A stretch of 64,000 nt of DNA, from contig OX638153.1 of the NCBI GenBank assembly GCA_951804945.1, forward strand, positions 51,646,001 through 51,710,000, in the 5' to 3' direction. Origin of the DNA: Podarcis cretensis (taxonomy: Eukaryota). Each line of letters opens with the position of its first letter. Within the stretch, counting starts at the first letter, position 1. Shown one piece after another: positions 26,038 to 39,052 of the stretch. Position numbers and translations under genes: made by a program. Under the pieces are notes generated by a model. That model was not told where the DNA came from, ran no database searches, and saw only the letters and a list, made by a program, of their open reading frames with translations.

Positions 26038-27139
26038 TATTAGTCAGTCTTCTGATATTGTTGATATTGTTGATGTTACCAATATGGTGTGTCACTCCCA
26101 AGGTATTCCAGGGCGTCCAGGAAGCAATAGCCTTGTGGCCACTTCATCTACATAACCAAGCAAAGTAGCAACTCCCCAAAATTTCAGAGAAATCAGGGAG
26201 GGTTTCATTTAACTTGCACCTACCCAATTAATAGGAAAAAAGAGTTTCTAGCACACATACATGGAACTAAAGGGGAAAATGCTAAGTTGCAGTTAGCAGT
26301 GTACTTTTCTAAAAAATGAAAACACACACAAAGAGAACATTCAGTTGTAGCATGGTAATTCATTTCATTGTCATAGCTCAGAATCCATTTGTGTGTGTGT
26401 TTATCAGTCATTTAAACAAACTACCAAGACAAGACCTATTGCCCAAATTATTTTTAGAATTCGTTATTTGCTTGACATGCTACTTATTTTTCAGTTATTA
26501 TGTGCTCTCAAGTAATTGGCTCTTTGATAGGTCAGACTTGAAAGAGACAGAAACAGCCTTGTTCCAGATTGTACGGCTGGGAATTTCTGGTGTGGTTGTG
26601 GAAAATAAAGAACTGCTAAAAGGCTGTCAAGTGCCCGAGCTACCATCCCATATGGCTTATTTTTGTTCTTAAGACTATGTGAATGGGGAATAACTGGGAC
26701 TTTATAAAAGGGTTTGAAAAATCCTCCTCACCTGTAAATTGAAGAAGGAGAATACTCTGCAAGGCTAGATGGGGAACTGAGTAACCATTTTCTATCCCTC
26801 CTAAGATTACTAACATATATTAATTCTGAATAAATTGAGTGCACATGGAAGCCGAGAGAAAAACGCTCCAGAGATTTGAAAGCCTGTTTATTGTCAAACA
26901 GCACATATTTTTTAATTATCTGTGTGCTCTCTCAGCTGTAGCATACAGATACTACTAGGGTGAATAAAATTCTCACCTTGTTCACACCTCAGCTAAGATG
27001 GGAAATAGGTGTTGCCTATTCCATGATGATGGACTTTAAAAAAATGAAAAGACACTAGACCAGGAAAAAAGCTTTTTCAACATGTGGCAAATAACGTAGA
27101 CACTCCCAGGTTTGTGCTCCACCCACTGTTTTCCAGGTA

Positions 27140-27353
27140 CAGTGGTACCTCGAGTTACAGATGCTTCAGGTTACAGATTCCGCTGTCTCAGAAACAGTAC
27201 CTCAGGTTAAGAACTTTGCTTCAGGATGAGAACAGAAATCGTGCGGCGGCAGCAGGAGGCCCCATTAGCTAAAGTGGTACCTCAGGTTAAGAACAGTATT
27301 AGTTAAGAACAGACCTCCAGAACGAATTAAGTTCTTAACCTGAGGTACCACTG
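27140..27353. mobile_element. Tc1/mariner-type MITE (CAGTGGTACCTC TIR, TA TSD), opposite orientation to the other copies
   Basis: TA|CAGTGGTACCTC...GAGGTACCACTG|TA; body is the reverse complement of the 53.5 and 62.4 kb copies. Confidence 0.88.
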
Positions 27354-27661
27354 TAACTGAATATGACTATAATGAGGTTCTGCTTTTCTATGGAACTTTC
27401 CCCTGCCCTCCTCTTCCCAGTAGCTGACTGTGCACTCTCAATGTACAAAGATGGATACCATTCAAAATCTTGAGGATTTGTGGTTGAGCACCGAGCCACC
27501 CACACTCTGTAATAGATCAGCCTAAGAAGTGGCTTAAGTCTGAGGAACACAAACAGATGGGGCAGCTAATTTACTAAGTGGTTTAGTATGGCAGCCCTCC
27601 AGATGGACTTTGGTCATTCTTCCTTATAATAGCAATGCTCCTGCAAGGAGGTTGACAACAT

Positions 27662-28265
27662 AAATCCCCTATTTCCCCAAAGAGCTACTGTTTCCAGAGC
27701 TCTGGGAAGAGGGCTTGACTGTTAAACCATTCTGGAAAAGGTAGCCCTGGAAATAGGGGTCTCCTAAGAACTCTCAGCACTCTTAACAAACTACGGTTCC
27801 TGGTATTCTTTGGTATTCTTTGGGGAACACCATGACTATTTAAAGTGGTATAAAGGTAAAGGTAAAGGGACCCCTGACCATTAGGTCCAGTCATGACCGA
27901 CTCTGGGGTTGTGGCACTCATCTCGCTTTATTGGCCGAGGGAGCCGGCGTTTGTCCGCAGATAGCTTCCGAGTCATGTGACCAGCATGACTAAGCCGCTT
28001 CTGGCGAACCAGAGCAGCACACGGAAATGCCGTTTACCTTCCCGCTGCAGCGGTACCTATTTATCTACTTGCACTTTGACGTGCTTTTGAACTGCTAGGT
28101 TGGCAGGAACTGGGACCAAACAACAGGAGCTCACCCCGTCACAGGGATTCGAACCACCAACCTTCTGATCGACAAGTCCTAGGCTCTGTGGTTTAACCCA
28201 CAGCACCACCCATGTCCCCTTAAAGTGGTATACTACTACTTTAAACATATAGTGCAGATGGGGCC
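27662..28265. mobile_element. Palindromic MITE (possibly PIF/Harbinger-type) hosting a Sauria SINE
   Basis: Shares GGGGTCTCCTAA, CCATGACT.TTTAAAGTGGTAT and the ATAGTGCAGATGGGGCC terminus with copies at ~25877-26037 and 33769-33956. Confidence 0.65.
27853..28219 (-). mobile_element. Sauria SINE (POM-like), full length, nested in a palindromic MITE
   Basis: Same head and tail architecture; 13-bp TSD TTAAAGTGGTATA at 27840-27852 and 28220-28232. Confidence 0.93.
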
Positions 28266-30008
28266 TTTGTCTTGGCTCTTAAATTTACCTCACAATGCTG
28301 GCAACCTAAAGGCACACTGTACACAAAGTAGCATGTTTTGTGCACTTTACTGGGCCTCAAAGCAGCATTTGGTAATCAGAATTAGAGTGCTAGAACACCT
28401 CTGGAACATTTCAATCTGTGAAGCAGAAAACTAGATAGGGAATATATATCTAAAGCTTTCATAATGCTTGCTGATCCTGAAGGAAGCTAATAAAGTTTTG
28501 TTTTATTATAGCAGCGATTGTCAGAGTCTTCTTACTCCTAAGATACAATTCACCATTAGTATTCTGTGCAGGATGCCTCCTACACATTTGGCTAATGAAC
28601 AAAGTTCAGATTTAACATCCAGTTCTTAAAAAAACACCCCAAAAACTTTTTTGCATGGTTTTCTAGTTACATAATTTTCCCCCAAGTATCTCCGCTGTGT
28701 TTTATCAACTCAGATTGTACCATAAGAAACTGTGTCTGAGACTTTGTGTACAGGCCAAATGAGATGAGATGTAGCCATTTGTTTGTGTAGGACACAAAGT
28801 CAGGCAGCACCTCATTATTTTCCCTATTATATTACTTCCTAATAAAGATTAAAGGACAGCAGCATGCCCTGAGCCAATTTCTAGCTTTAGAACAGATAGT
28901 AAACGCAATAGTAAAGGGGGCTATGTGAGATGGTATGATTCAGATTATTGTAGCACCTAAAAAGGTTATGTGTCTTAAGTGTTTCTTCCTCTTGGTAGTA
29001 ATGAGAACTTTCACTTTACAAAAGTTTAACTGCAGCCATGGGAGCACTAAGAAGGGATATTGAAAAGAGAATGCTTGGGTTTCACCACAACTGACATACT
29101 ACACTTGATGGATTATTTGCTAAAAGGAAAACTGTAACGAAAGAGTTATAAACTCTCTCGGCACTGTACTCCAGACTCTCTGTGTGAACCTATTCCAGGT
29201 TGCAAATGTACTACAACTGACCAGGAGGACAAGGGAAATCAGAAGTGGATGTGCCTGATGTTCACTGCTCTGCAGCTGTGTCAGCAAAAATGTGCCCTAT
29301 CAACAGTTCTCCTGACTCCTGGCCCTACAGACATTTGTTGGACTTGAACTTCCATCAGCCCCAACCACATGGCCAATTGTCAGAGTGATGGGAATTATAG
29401 TCCAGCAACATCCGAATGGCATTTTCCCATACAGTCACTGCCAGTCAGAGCAGACAGTTATAGGCTAGGAGGGCTAATGGTGTGACCAGGTCATGCTCCT
29501 GTCTAAAGTCATTTGACATTTTTTTCACATTTGAAGGATAACAGTTTTAGAATGCATAAATGCAATGGCATGGATCCCAACCAGCTCTTTGTGAACACAA
29601 GACCACCATCCTCTTGCTGAGGGAACTGGAATCTAGTGGAGACAGGACTATGGAGGGCCTGGGAAGCATTTTCTGCTCTGCTCTGTGCTGCTTCCTGGAC
29701 CATGCTGCTCCAGAGAGTCTCCCAAGCCTACAGAGCAACTTTCTGAGCAATAAAGGGTCTGCAGAGGGAAAAGGAGACCTGTGAAAGTCACTTCCCTTTT
29801 CCACTGATGAGAAAGTTTTATGAGCAGAGCACCTAAGTCAATGTGTCCATCAAATGCAACCTGACACCTGCCAAATCCACAGAAATGTTAAGAAAATGAT
29901 GAGCAGCTAAAACGTATGACTTTTCCGGTATAGAAGGTCCTTCAGAGTGGATTAAGCATGCAAAATTAATGCAGAGACAAATACGTTCTCCTAGTGCAAG
30001 GACTTATA

Positions 30009-30153
30009 GCTGCACAGTGAAACTTCCCTGCCCTTCCTCTCTCCATGTGATACCTAAATCTGCTTTGGGAGTTTGGGGAAACCCCACAGAATATATTTAG
30101 GGGCTGCAGGGTGGTACATGAGGAGAGAGGGCAGGGAATTTCCATAGTGCAGC
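30009..30153. repeat. Degenerate inverted repeat (old MITE-like)
   Basis: GCTGCAC...TTCCCTGCCC...CATGT versus ACATG...GGGCAGGGAA...GTGCAGC. Confidence 0.5.
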
Positions 30154-31276
30154 CTTTGTGCTAGTGGACCTGCTTAATTGCATAACACCCAAAGTCAGTA
30201 ACCTTTCTAATTTTCTGACAGAATTGGATGCACATTGCCAGCATGATCCACGCTTGTGAGAAGATTAAATCATGTGCTTCTGAAATGTGCAATTTAGAGG
30301 TGGTCCTCTGACTCACAAAAGTTCTAATACAGCCTATGAAGTACTAAGAAATGATCCATCCCTGGACAAGAGGTCACCTTTTTCTGTGTTGGACAGATTG
30401 TGTAAAAGAACTCTTCATTTGATTCTAATTTTTGTAGGGACTTTCCTATAATTTGGCTCTGACAACTTTGCTTAACTTGGAAGTTTTGCATTCAAGTGCA
30501 AAGGAAATTGAATATAAACTGAAGTGGAGGGAAATAAAGATGTTTGGAAATAAAGGGTTTGTTTTATTTATTCCCCAAATCAAAGTACATTTAGCCTAAA
30601 TGTCACCCTTCTATTTAAAGTCTTGAGTGTCAAAGGCACAGAACAGCTAGCAGGTAGGAGTGTAGTTGATATAATGGGCTGGCTTTTGTTCTCTATTGAC
30701 TGTATTGTCTCATTTACTCATGTAGGTGTACCTGTAAAATATTAAAATGGCCTGAGAGAATATCAGGCATAAATAACTTCCATTGTAAGTAAACAACAGA
30801 GCTCCAGGCACCCAAATGCTGTAAAACGAGTTATTGCTCTCTTAACATGGAAGCGAGTGTAATTATTATTATTAATTTTCAAATCCACAACACAAAGGTT
30901 AATCAAAAGGGGTAACTTTTAATTTCCATTTTAAAAGTCTGCACGCTTGTGGGTTGACACTTTGTCTGAATTATGCGTCAGGTGGGGATGCTTAAAGAAG
31001 AAAAAGGGGAGGGAGTAGGAAGATAGGGCTTAATACTAATTTCACCCGTGTTAGACTACAAAATGACAAAAAAGAACTTTCCCCAGAACCTTTGTGGATA
31101 AAGTGATGATGTGAGCTGCTGGAAGCAAAAGGATGTCAAAATGTGAGGCTGTGGGAAGTTGTGGGGAAAGCAGAAGATGGGAGGGAGAAAGTCACATAGC
31201 AAACTAAGAAGAGGACAGGGGCAGCAGGAGCAAAGGCATTTGGAGTGTGGTTCCACTTCCTTCCTTGTGTCTAATG

Positions 31277-31412
31277 CAGGCATAGGCAAACTCGGCCCTC
31301 CAGATGTTTTGGGACTACAACTCCCATGATCCCTAGCTAACAGGACCAGTGGTCAGGGATGATGGGAATTGTAGTCCCAAAACATCTAGAGGGCCGAGTT
31401 TGCCTACGCCTG
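31277..31412. mobile_element. Young palindromic hAT-type MITE, 136 bp
   Basis: Near-perfect ~55-bp inverted arms (CAGGCATAGGCAAACTCGGCCCTC...GAGGGCCGAGTTTGCCTACGCCTG); perfect 8-bp TSD GTCTAATG at 31269-31276 and 31413-31420. Confidence 0.93.
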
Positions 31413-31822
31413 GTCTAATGTGTATGTATTGTGTAGAAAGAGGAGGATACCCGGATAGCCAGAGACTGTGTTTCTGTCTTGCTTGCATCACTTCCCACAG
31501 CCAGAATTGGCTTCCCTAGTGAGGTAGAAGTCTCAGCATTAGCCTCCTGGTATGACATTACTGATGCTTATTAAAAGGGGGAGGGACAAGGCTGTGGTGC
31601 ACTAGTGGAGCCAATCTGGTACTTTTGCCACTGTGCCCAAATAGCCCTGAGTTTGCTCTAATCTCTCCCTTCCTGGTAAGCAACCAGCAGTGCTATTGCC
31701 CGGAGGCTAGTGCTGTGGCTTTGCCCCACTGGGCTTGTCACTTCTGCCCTACAGCACTTCTTTGAAACCCTATTTGGGGGGATGCCTGAATGTGAGTTGC
31801 TTGGACTTATATATGCCTAGGT

Positions 31823-32714
31823 CTAGGAATGGAAGGATCTGACAGTTTTGCTGTCTCCGTTTTTCATTTTCTCAACCTTAAATTCAATTCTCCACATTTC
31901 TTTTTTTAAAAAAACCCTCAGGGGAAATTAGTATGAAAATGCTGAAGTATTCTTTTCTCATAATATTATATTAAAGTCTTTTCATGATACAGTAAGAGAA
32001 AAGAAACTAATCTAGATAAAAACGCTTTCGTTTTTATCTAGATTAGTTTCTTTTATCCTATTGTATCACGAAAAAGAAAGGAAGAGAAAAAAATGCAGTC
32101 CTCTCTCAAAGTTAGCTCTTAACCCTTGTCTCACACAGGAATTGGTGGACCCTCCTAGTTCTCACCTGGGAGATTTCCTTTCCTCTCCAGTCTCTCACCC
32201 CAGGAGATCTTCCCATCCCTGCTTCTGACCCAGGGTCTCCCCATCTACCACCTTCATGGGTATGTAATTTTGGGACCCCAGTAATGGCCCAGAACAGAGG
32301 ACATCAAAGGAAAAGAAAAGGAGAGAGAGGAGAAGATAAGAAGAAGGAACAAATATAAGAAAGAAAGAACGAATGAACGAAAGAGAAATGCTGAAGAATT
32401 TTTCATACAAAAATGTGGAGAACTGACTTTAATATGCATGTTTCTGCATGCGGTTTAGATCAATATACACATTTTTGCAAGCCATTTTTCCTAATATAAT
32501 GCATTTTTGTATGTTATTTACACTAATATATTTATTTTTCACTTACCTAATATATGCATTTTTCTAAATTTTGTTTAATTGGTGAACTGCATTACAACAT
32601 TCAGATAAGTGTGAAGTTTGAAGTATGGCTATTTTTTTGTATCATGTTGTTTAAGAAAGTGAAAATTTGATAAATTTGGCCTTCAATACAAACTGAATTG
32701 AATTTTATCACTAG
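31823..32714 (-). mobile_element. Second copy of that repeat, interrupted by a 438-bp insertion
   Basis: Shared blocks such as CTTAAATTCA.TTC.CCACA, GCATTTTTGTAT.TTATTT.CACTAATATAT and CTGCAT.ACAA.ATTCAGA. Confidence 0.55.
31948..32385 (+). mobile_element. Unclassified retro-type insertion with 5' fold-back hairpin and purine-rich tail
   Basis: 11-bp direct repeat AAATGCTGAAG at 31937-31947 and 32386-32396; perfect 26-bp inverted repeat 31999-32024 / 32029-32054; GAAA/GAAC/GAAT tail. Confidence 0.6.
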
Positions 32715-33768
32715 GACTAACTATGTACCTTCTGACCAGGAAACTTAGTATTTCATTTTGCATTGCCCCAAGCACACAAGAATGGTAGCCTTGGCATTTG
32801 TTATTTTGGAATCAACCAGGCCTTTTAGGATTGTTTGGCATGATAACATCTGTTCCTGTTCAGCTAACTTTAGCCTGCAATACATATGTTTTGCAAATTC
32901 TCTGCCCACCTACCACACAATGTGTTACAAGAAATGTGTTTGCTTTGTCAAATGCAAACACTGGCCGCTAAATGGAAAACTTATAGGTTGGAAATATGTA
33001 GGAAATATGAGTGCTTGCAAGAAGCTGTTAATAAGGTGTGCCAGATTTTTTTTTAAAAAAAGAACATGCCTTCAAAGCATTAAGGGTTTGGGTTTTGTTT
33101 TTGTACCTCACTTCAGAGAGGACTCATTGGGTCAAAGAGCTTCCCTGAAGCCACATAAAGGAATGGGCAGTCAGTCATTACTGAACTTCAAATGACAGCT
33201 TCATCTAATTTACTGCATTGTTTTCAATGTCAGGGTGAAGAATAAAAACAGCCAGGCTCAGTGGTTCCTTAGCATAATGAATTCAGACTGGAAATGGATA
33301 CGGCATTTGACCCCATTATGCAGTGCTCACTTAAAAAACCACTGTATCAACAGAGCATCTTTCCAGTACTTACATTTCAGTGAGGTAACGTGTTTTTGAA
33401 GAAAAACCATTTGAAATACAGCAGGCGGACAGATCGATGGATGAAGCGCTAGTTTTGCATTCATGAGTCATGAGACATCAATTGACCAAATGCATTCTTC
33501 AGGGTAAAGAGAGGGGAGTGTGTTGCTAAACCAGGGACTTAATTGTTCCAGTTATTCAGCTGGGAGTAATTCTTTTTAGGTCAGGCCCATTAAACACATA
33601 TTAGAAGGTGATCGATAATATTACCATAGATAGATTGACCTTCGACTCTTAAGTTCGTTTTTTGCACTTTTACCAGGAAAATAAGCGAATGCAGGGCTGG
33701 CATTATCAGCAGATGCTAGGATATGGGGAGCAGCAACAATGTGTTGGATGACAGAGTTGTATGTGTCA

Positions 33769-33956
33769 GACCGCACACCTGCAGCATACATTTAAAGAGA
33801 TGTCACAGAGCTACAGTTCTCTTGGTGGTTTATCTATCAATCCCTGTTCCCAGAAAACTCTGAGGGGAACAGGGGTCTCCTAACAACTTCTCTGGGGGAA
33901 GCCATGACTGTTAAAGTAGTATCGGAATGCTTTAAATGTAAGGTGTGGATGTGGCC
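33769..33956. mobile_element. Internally deleted copy of the same palindromic MITE
   Basis: Termini CATACATTTAAAG ... CTTTAAATGTAAGGTGTGGATGTGGCC; flanks TCA/TTA. Confidence 0.6.
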
Positions 33957-33958
33957 TT

Positions 33959-34320
33959 AAAGGTAAAGGTAAAGGGACCACTGACCATTAGGTCCAGTTG
34001 TGACCGACTCTGGGGTTGTGAGCTCATCTCGCTCTATAGGCCAAGGGAGCCGGCGTTTGTCTGCAGACAGCTTCCGGGTCATGTGGCCAGCATGACTAAG
34101 CCGCTTTTGGTGAACCAGGGCAGCACACGGAAACGCCGTTTACCTTCCCGCCGGAGCGATACCTATTTATCTACTTGCACTTTGACGTGCTTTCAAACTG
34201 CTAGGTTGGCAGGAGCAGAGACCAAGCAACAGGAGCTCACCCCGCTGCAGGGATTCGAACCGCCGACCTTCTGAACGGCAAGTCCTAGGCTCTGTGATTT
34301 AACCCACAGTGCCACCCCCC
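33959..34320 (-). mobile_element. Sauria SINE (POM-like), near full length
   Basis: High similarity to the 27.9 kb copy; (AAAGGT)n tail on the plus strand; no clear TSD. Confidence 0.92.
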
Positions 34321-37300
34321 CATATTGAGCCTGCTGCCCTCAGGTGTGCTATCCCATCACCAGTGTTGGAGTAAGTTTCAGCTACTAGACAAATCAGCTT
34401 CTGTCTATGGAATTAGGGGAGCACCATCTTGTTCATTGCCTCAGACAGCAAAATGATAAATAGGTCTTATATGACTGGTACACCAAGACTGCATTCACAT
34501 GGCAGCTTATTCCATTTCCATGTTTCCATGTCATTTTGCACATTATTTTTGAACTTTCACACAACACAAAAGCTACTTCCGGAACTCTGGTAGAAAATAG
34601 CACAAGTTTAGCACTCATTCTGAGATTGTTTGGAAATGGTTTTTTTTTCTGGAAGCAAATAATGCAGAAATTAGTGCCAAAATTACACTATATTCTACTA
34701 TAGTTAGATTTTCTCTTTGGGGCACTGAAGACAGACTATTTTAGAAACGCTTTGCTTTCTCTGAGACCCCAAAGGTGTAATTTGACCTTTAAGAAATGGA
34801 CCAAGCTTCTGAGATAAGAGCTAAGGTCATCTCTTGCTTTTAAGCTTACTTACCGGTATTTGAGGCTTTGTTATATATTGTTAGCCTCTTTGGGGACTTG
34901 GAGAATGAGAAGCAGAATGTACTAACAGGAACGCTGGCTGTTTCCTTATGCCAGATCAGATGATTTATTCATTTTCGTATACCACTGTTCAAGGTTTCAG
35001 GCATTTACCGCCATGGTTTTCCCCTCAAGGGATCCTGGGAACTGTAGTTTGGTGAAGTAGCTAACAATTCTGTCAGAAAGCCTTAGGCTCCCTCACAGAA
35101 TGACACTTCCCAGAGATCCTAGGGGTTTTTGAGTATATTTCCACACATTGGGAGCAATCCACATGGCAAGCTCCTCCACTCAGTAGGGCCAGAAAATTGA
35201 GTAATTGTCACACACAGACTGTTTCAAGTGGCTTTTATCCTGCGGTTCTACACTGTCTAGTGCTTGCCCAGTTCTGCAGGCATGATAATATGATTCTGAA
35301 TGTTTGGCCAGATAGATCACATTCAACATCTTCCTGAAACAATCCATTAGTGCTATCTGGGAGTGAACCCAGTGCTGATCTTACTGTATGTACTGTCTGA
35401 TAAAAATATTGAATCAGCAGCCAGCAAGGGCCATAAATAACACTCTGTCCTGATTTATAGGTGCTTTATCAGGCAGTCATGCTTCTAGTAAGTTGTGATT
35501 TCTGCCAGGTCATTAGAGTCTTTGATGCTGCCAACAAAGGGTGGAGGGAACATCACCTGTGATAAGTGCATATTGCTAAATGAATTGGTTAGATGCGTTT
35601 TGATAGAATTCCATGGAAAAAACATGTTTGGTGACTAAAATGTGCTCAGCACACTGTTCTGAAGTTAGAGGTAGCATGGGCTTCACTGCCAGTACTATAA
35701 TGTAAAGATGAAGTCCTGAGACAACAGGTACAAAGGAAAAAACAATGAGTAAAAGGGGGAAAGAATAGGATGGGGGGAAGCAATGGTAAATAATTGTCAA
35801 ATCAGGCCAGAAAGAAGGGTTTCTTTCTGTTGTCGCATGCAGGCCAGCTGGCTGCTACCCGAGCCCTAAAGGAAGAATCTTCCCTTTCATTGCCTGGCAA
35901 GGACATTAAGATCAAGAAAAGCAACCTGCTTAGTTTTGCCATGGAACTAATGATACCAGCCTGTGGTATCATGGAGGCTTTTTCACTGGTGCAACCAGTG
36001 TTGTGGAATGCCCTTCCTGCTGGTTCTTGAAGATACAGTAGATCTGTTCAAATTGCAATCCTGTAATCTACTGACCTGAACTTCCTATTTGTTTCAGTTG
36101 CTGTTTTAACTGTTTTTATGGGATTGTTGTGTTGCACATTTTAATTGTGGATGTTTATTTTATTGTTTTGATAGTATTATCTTATTGGGTATTTTAATTC
36201 TATGTTTTTAATTTTTTTCATAATTGGTTTTATATTTCTAAACAGTTTAACAGCCACTTTGGCAATTAAGTGATATGCAAATGAATATAATGACAGTCAT
36301 AATAGTAATAAACAATCACCACCACTACACTGGCACCATCCTGCAGGCTAATGGAAAATGCTCTGCTCTCTCACCTGCAAAGCTGCAGAATTGTTGGCTG
36401 CTGCTGGAGACACACTTTATTTGCTTTCTCAACTTCCTTCATTATTTATATGTATTCTGTTTGGTTGTATGGCTCTGTTTACTTAGCATCAGTACTTTAT
36501 CCATATTGTTCACCAGCTGAGGAATTAAGGGACTCTTAGGCTGCAGTTCTATATAAACAGTAACTCCCATTAAACTCAGAAGGTTGTATTCACTGAAGTC
36601 CTGGAACAACTTCCCTCATGAAATAGAACTATCCGGTACACACACCCAAACCTCTTCTGAGGATTCCCCAACCCTCTGGAGCAGATTTGAAGGGCTGCAA
36701 TAGGGTGAGAGGGAGAAGAGGTTCCGTTACATAAGTGTGAGCACAATGACTTTATTGGATGCAACCCAGTGGCTTACTTCTGAGAAATCATGTGTAGGAT
36801 AGAACCACATGTGGTCTAACGTTTTGTGTAACAACTCTGCAAAGCTGCAATAATTGGCAAGGAATAGAACAAGAAGCAATGTGAAAATTTACCACTGCCT
36901 TCCTCCATGTGGTGCCCTCAAGATGTTTTGGACTTCACTTTGCTGGCTGAGGTTCATGGGAGTTGTACTCGAAAACGTCTCAAGGGCACCAGGTTGGAGA
37001 AGACTAACTTGGTGTTTGGTGGAACCTTTTTTTGTCAGCCAACTTGAATCTCTGCTTCTATGTTCACGTATTCTGGTTTAGTGTATATTATGGACTTTTG
37101 GTTCTATAATGTACCAGCAGCTCTCATTCTTTCCTTTCCCCAACCAGTTTTTTGGGTCTTGGTTTTCCACAAGCATTTTCTTCTGATCTCTCTCATTTAG
37201 CTACTTCAATAGCCTGTGCTTTCTGGTTGCCTCCCTGGTCCTTTAGTGTTTGGACGTGATCATAGAGACTGACAGAGAGAGAGAATCTTTAAAGGCATCC

Positions 37301-39052
37301 TACACAACCAACCAGCCTATGGCTGTTTTCTATAAAACACTACATTTTCCGACATAGCTTATCTGTTGTCTTGTTTCTTAGCAGCCAGCTGCTCCCTCTC
37401 AATGGCATGCCAAGGTGAACATCCGAGTTTCTTTTGTTGTTTTTACAGAAAATAGCAACATGGCTGGACACATTTGCATACCAATTTTACAGTATGCTGA
37501 TTCAGACAATTTGGTCTACAGTTTCATAATGAATATTCTGGGGAGGGCAAAGAGAACTGGAATCCTTTTTGGTGTGATGTTTACATTTATCCAATGCTTA
37601 GTTCTAAATTAGTAAAATGTTCCTTTAAATCTTGATATTTACCTTCTGCTGGGAAAGGCATATGGGGTGGAGTGGGGAGAAGCTGGGCTTGAGGAGGAGC
37701 AGGCAGGGTGAGGAGGAGTAGCCAGGGGCCGGTGGTTTCCACACCCCTCTTTTAATACTCTTTTTTCCAACTGTTTACTTCCAGAGACCAAGTCTATGTA
37801 TGTTTATGTATGGTGTTCTTCCTTGCTGCAAAGGACTAGGTAGTGAGCTCTGTACATTAATTGATTTATCTGAGATGTCCACTTCTAGAAACTGCAATCC
37901 TGGCCACTGGCCAAGCAACCTCCCAAATTTGAAAACAAACACAAACAGCTTGCCCCAGCATCATGAGATGCTCAACAGGAGAAGGGAGGTGGGAATATTT
38001 CAATGCCTAGGAATCCCAGCTACCAATCTGTAGACCAGGTGCCTGGGATTAAGTCAGCAACTGACAAAAAGGGGAATAAAGGACAAATGTTTACATTTGC
38101 AATTATTTATATTGTTAGCCTTGCTCCGGGCTGAATGTGCCTGAGACAGTTTTAAGCCAACCACAGTGTAAAAGAATAAGGCTAACAAAAACTACTATCC
38201 ATACTGCCACAGTGCTAGAAAGGGAGAGGGCAGGTCTCCAGCTCACCACGGCTTTGAAAATAGCTAGTGGGGGGCAGCTGTATGCATAAACCTCTGCCAT
38301 TCTGTAACAATTTTTTACCTCAGCCCTAAAGCTTAAATAGCCAACTAGTACATAAGCCAATTTCCACAACCTCTCTCCCATTTTTCCACCAGGGAAGAAA
38401 ATTACAGCACAACCCTATACATTATCTCCTCATAGGTAAGTCCAACTGAGCAGAATAAGACTTGCTATTCAGTAGGTATGTATAGGATGCTGCTGTTAAC
38501 TTGCCTTTATACAACAGGAGCAGAGTGGCATAAAACAGAGCACATGTGAGGGTAAATCCTGAATATTTTTTTCCATACTTTAGGTGACAGATATTTTTTG
38601 GACAGGGCTATTTAAATATAATCATATATCTGTCAACAAATTTGACTGCTTAGAAAGAGTTCTCCCCTCATTTTGGAGAAGTGGTGGTCTGTAGCCAAGA
38701 CTTTTCTAAAGCAATAGCTTTAAATAGAAACTACTTGTCTTTTTGTACAAAGTAGCTCCTTATTATTGACATTTATTATTATCACTATTGGCTTAGTAGC
38801 TTGAAAGTACCAGTTAAGAGCTCAGACCCATCGGGTGAGTGCTGAGTTACACGCTGTATGCTCACGATAAGTCCAGAAACGACACTTCACTACTTCCCAC
38901 GAAGCCCCTAATTGCTTTGTAGGGCTGTTCTCCTGCCAAGCTGTTCAAAGCAGCACAGGATACCCACAAGAGAATAGGGCTATCGGGATGCCAAAGCCAA
39001 ATCAAACAAGCGGGACAAACAAAACCATTAGCGGTGTTATGCCAATGCAATA

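Noticed and set aside
31999-32054. Calling the hairpin a miRNA gene or a rho-independent terminator
   Set aside because: A perfect AT-rich stem with a 4-nt loop inside a TSD-flanked insertion, with no recognised miRNA family; bacterial terminators do not apply. Kept only as a structural finding.
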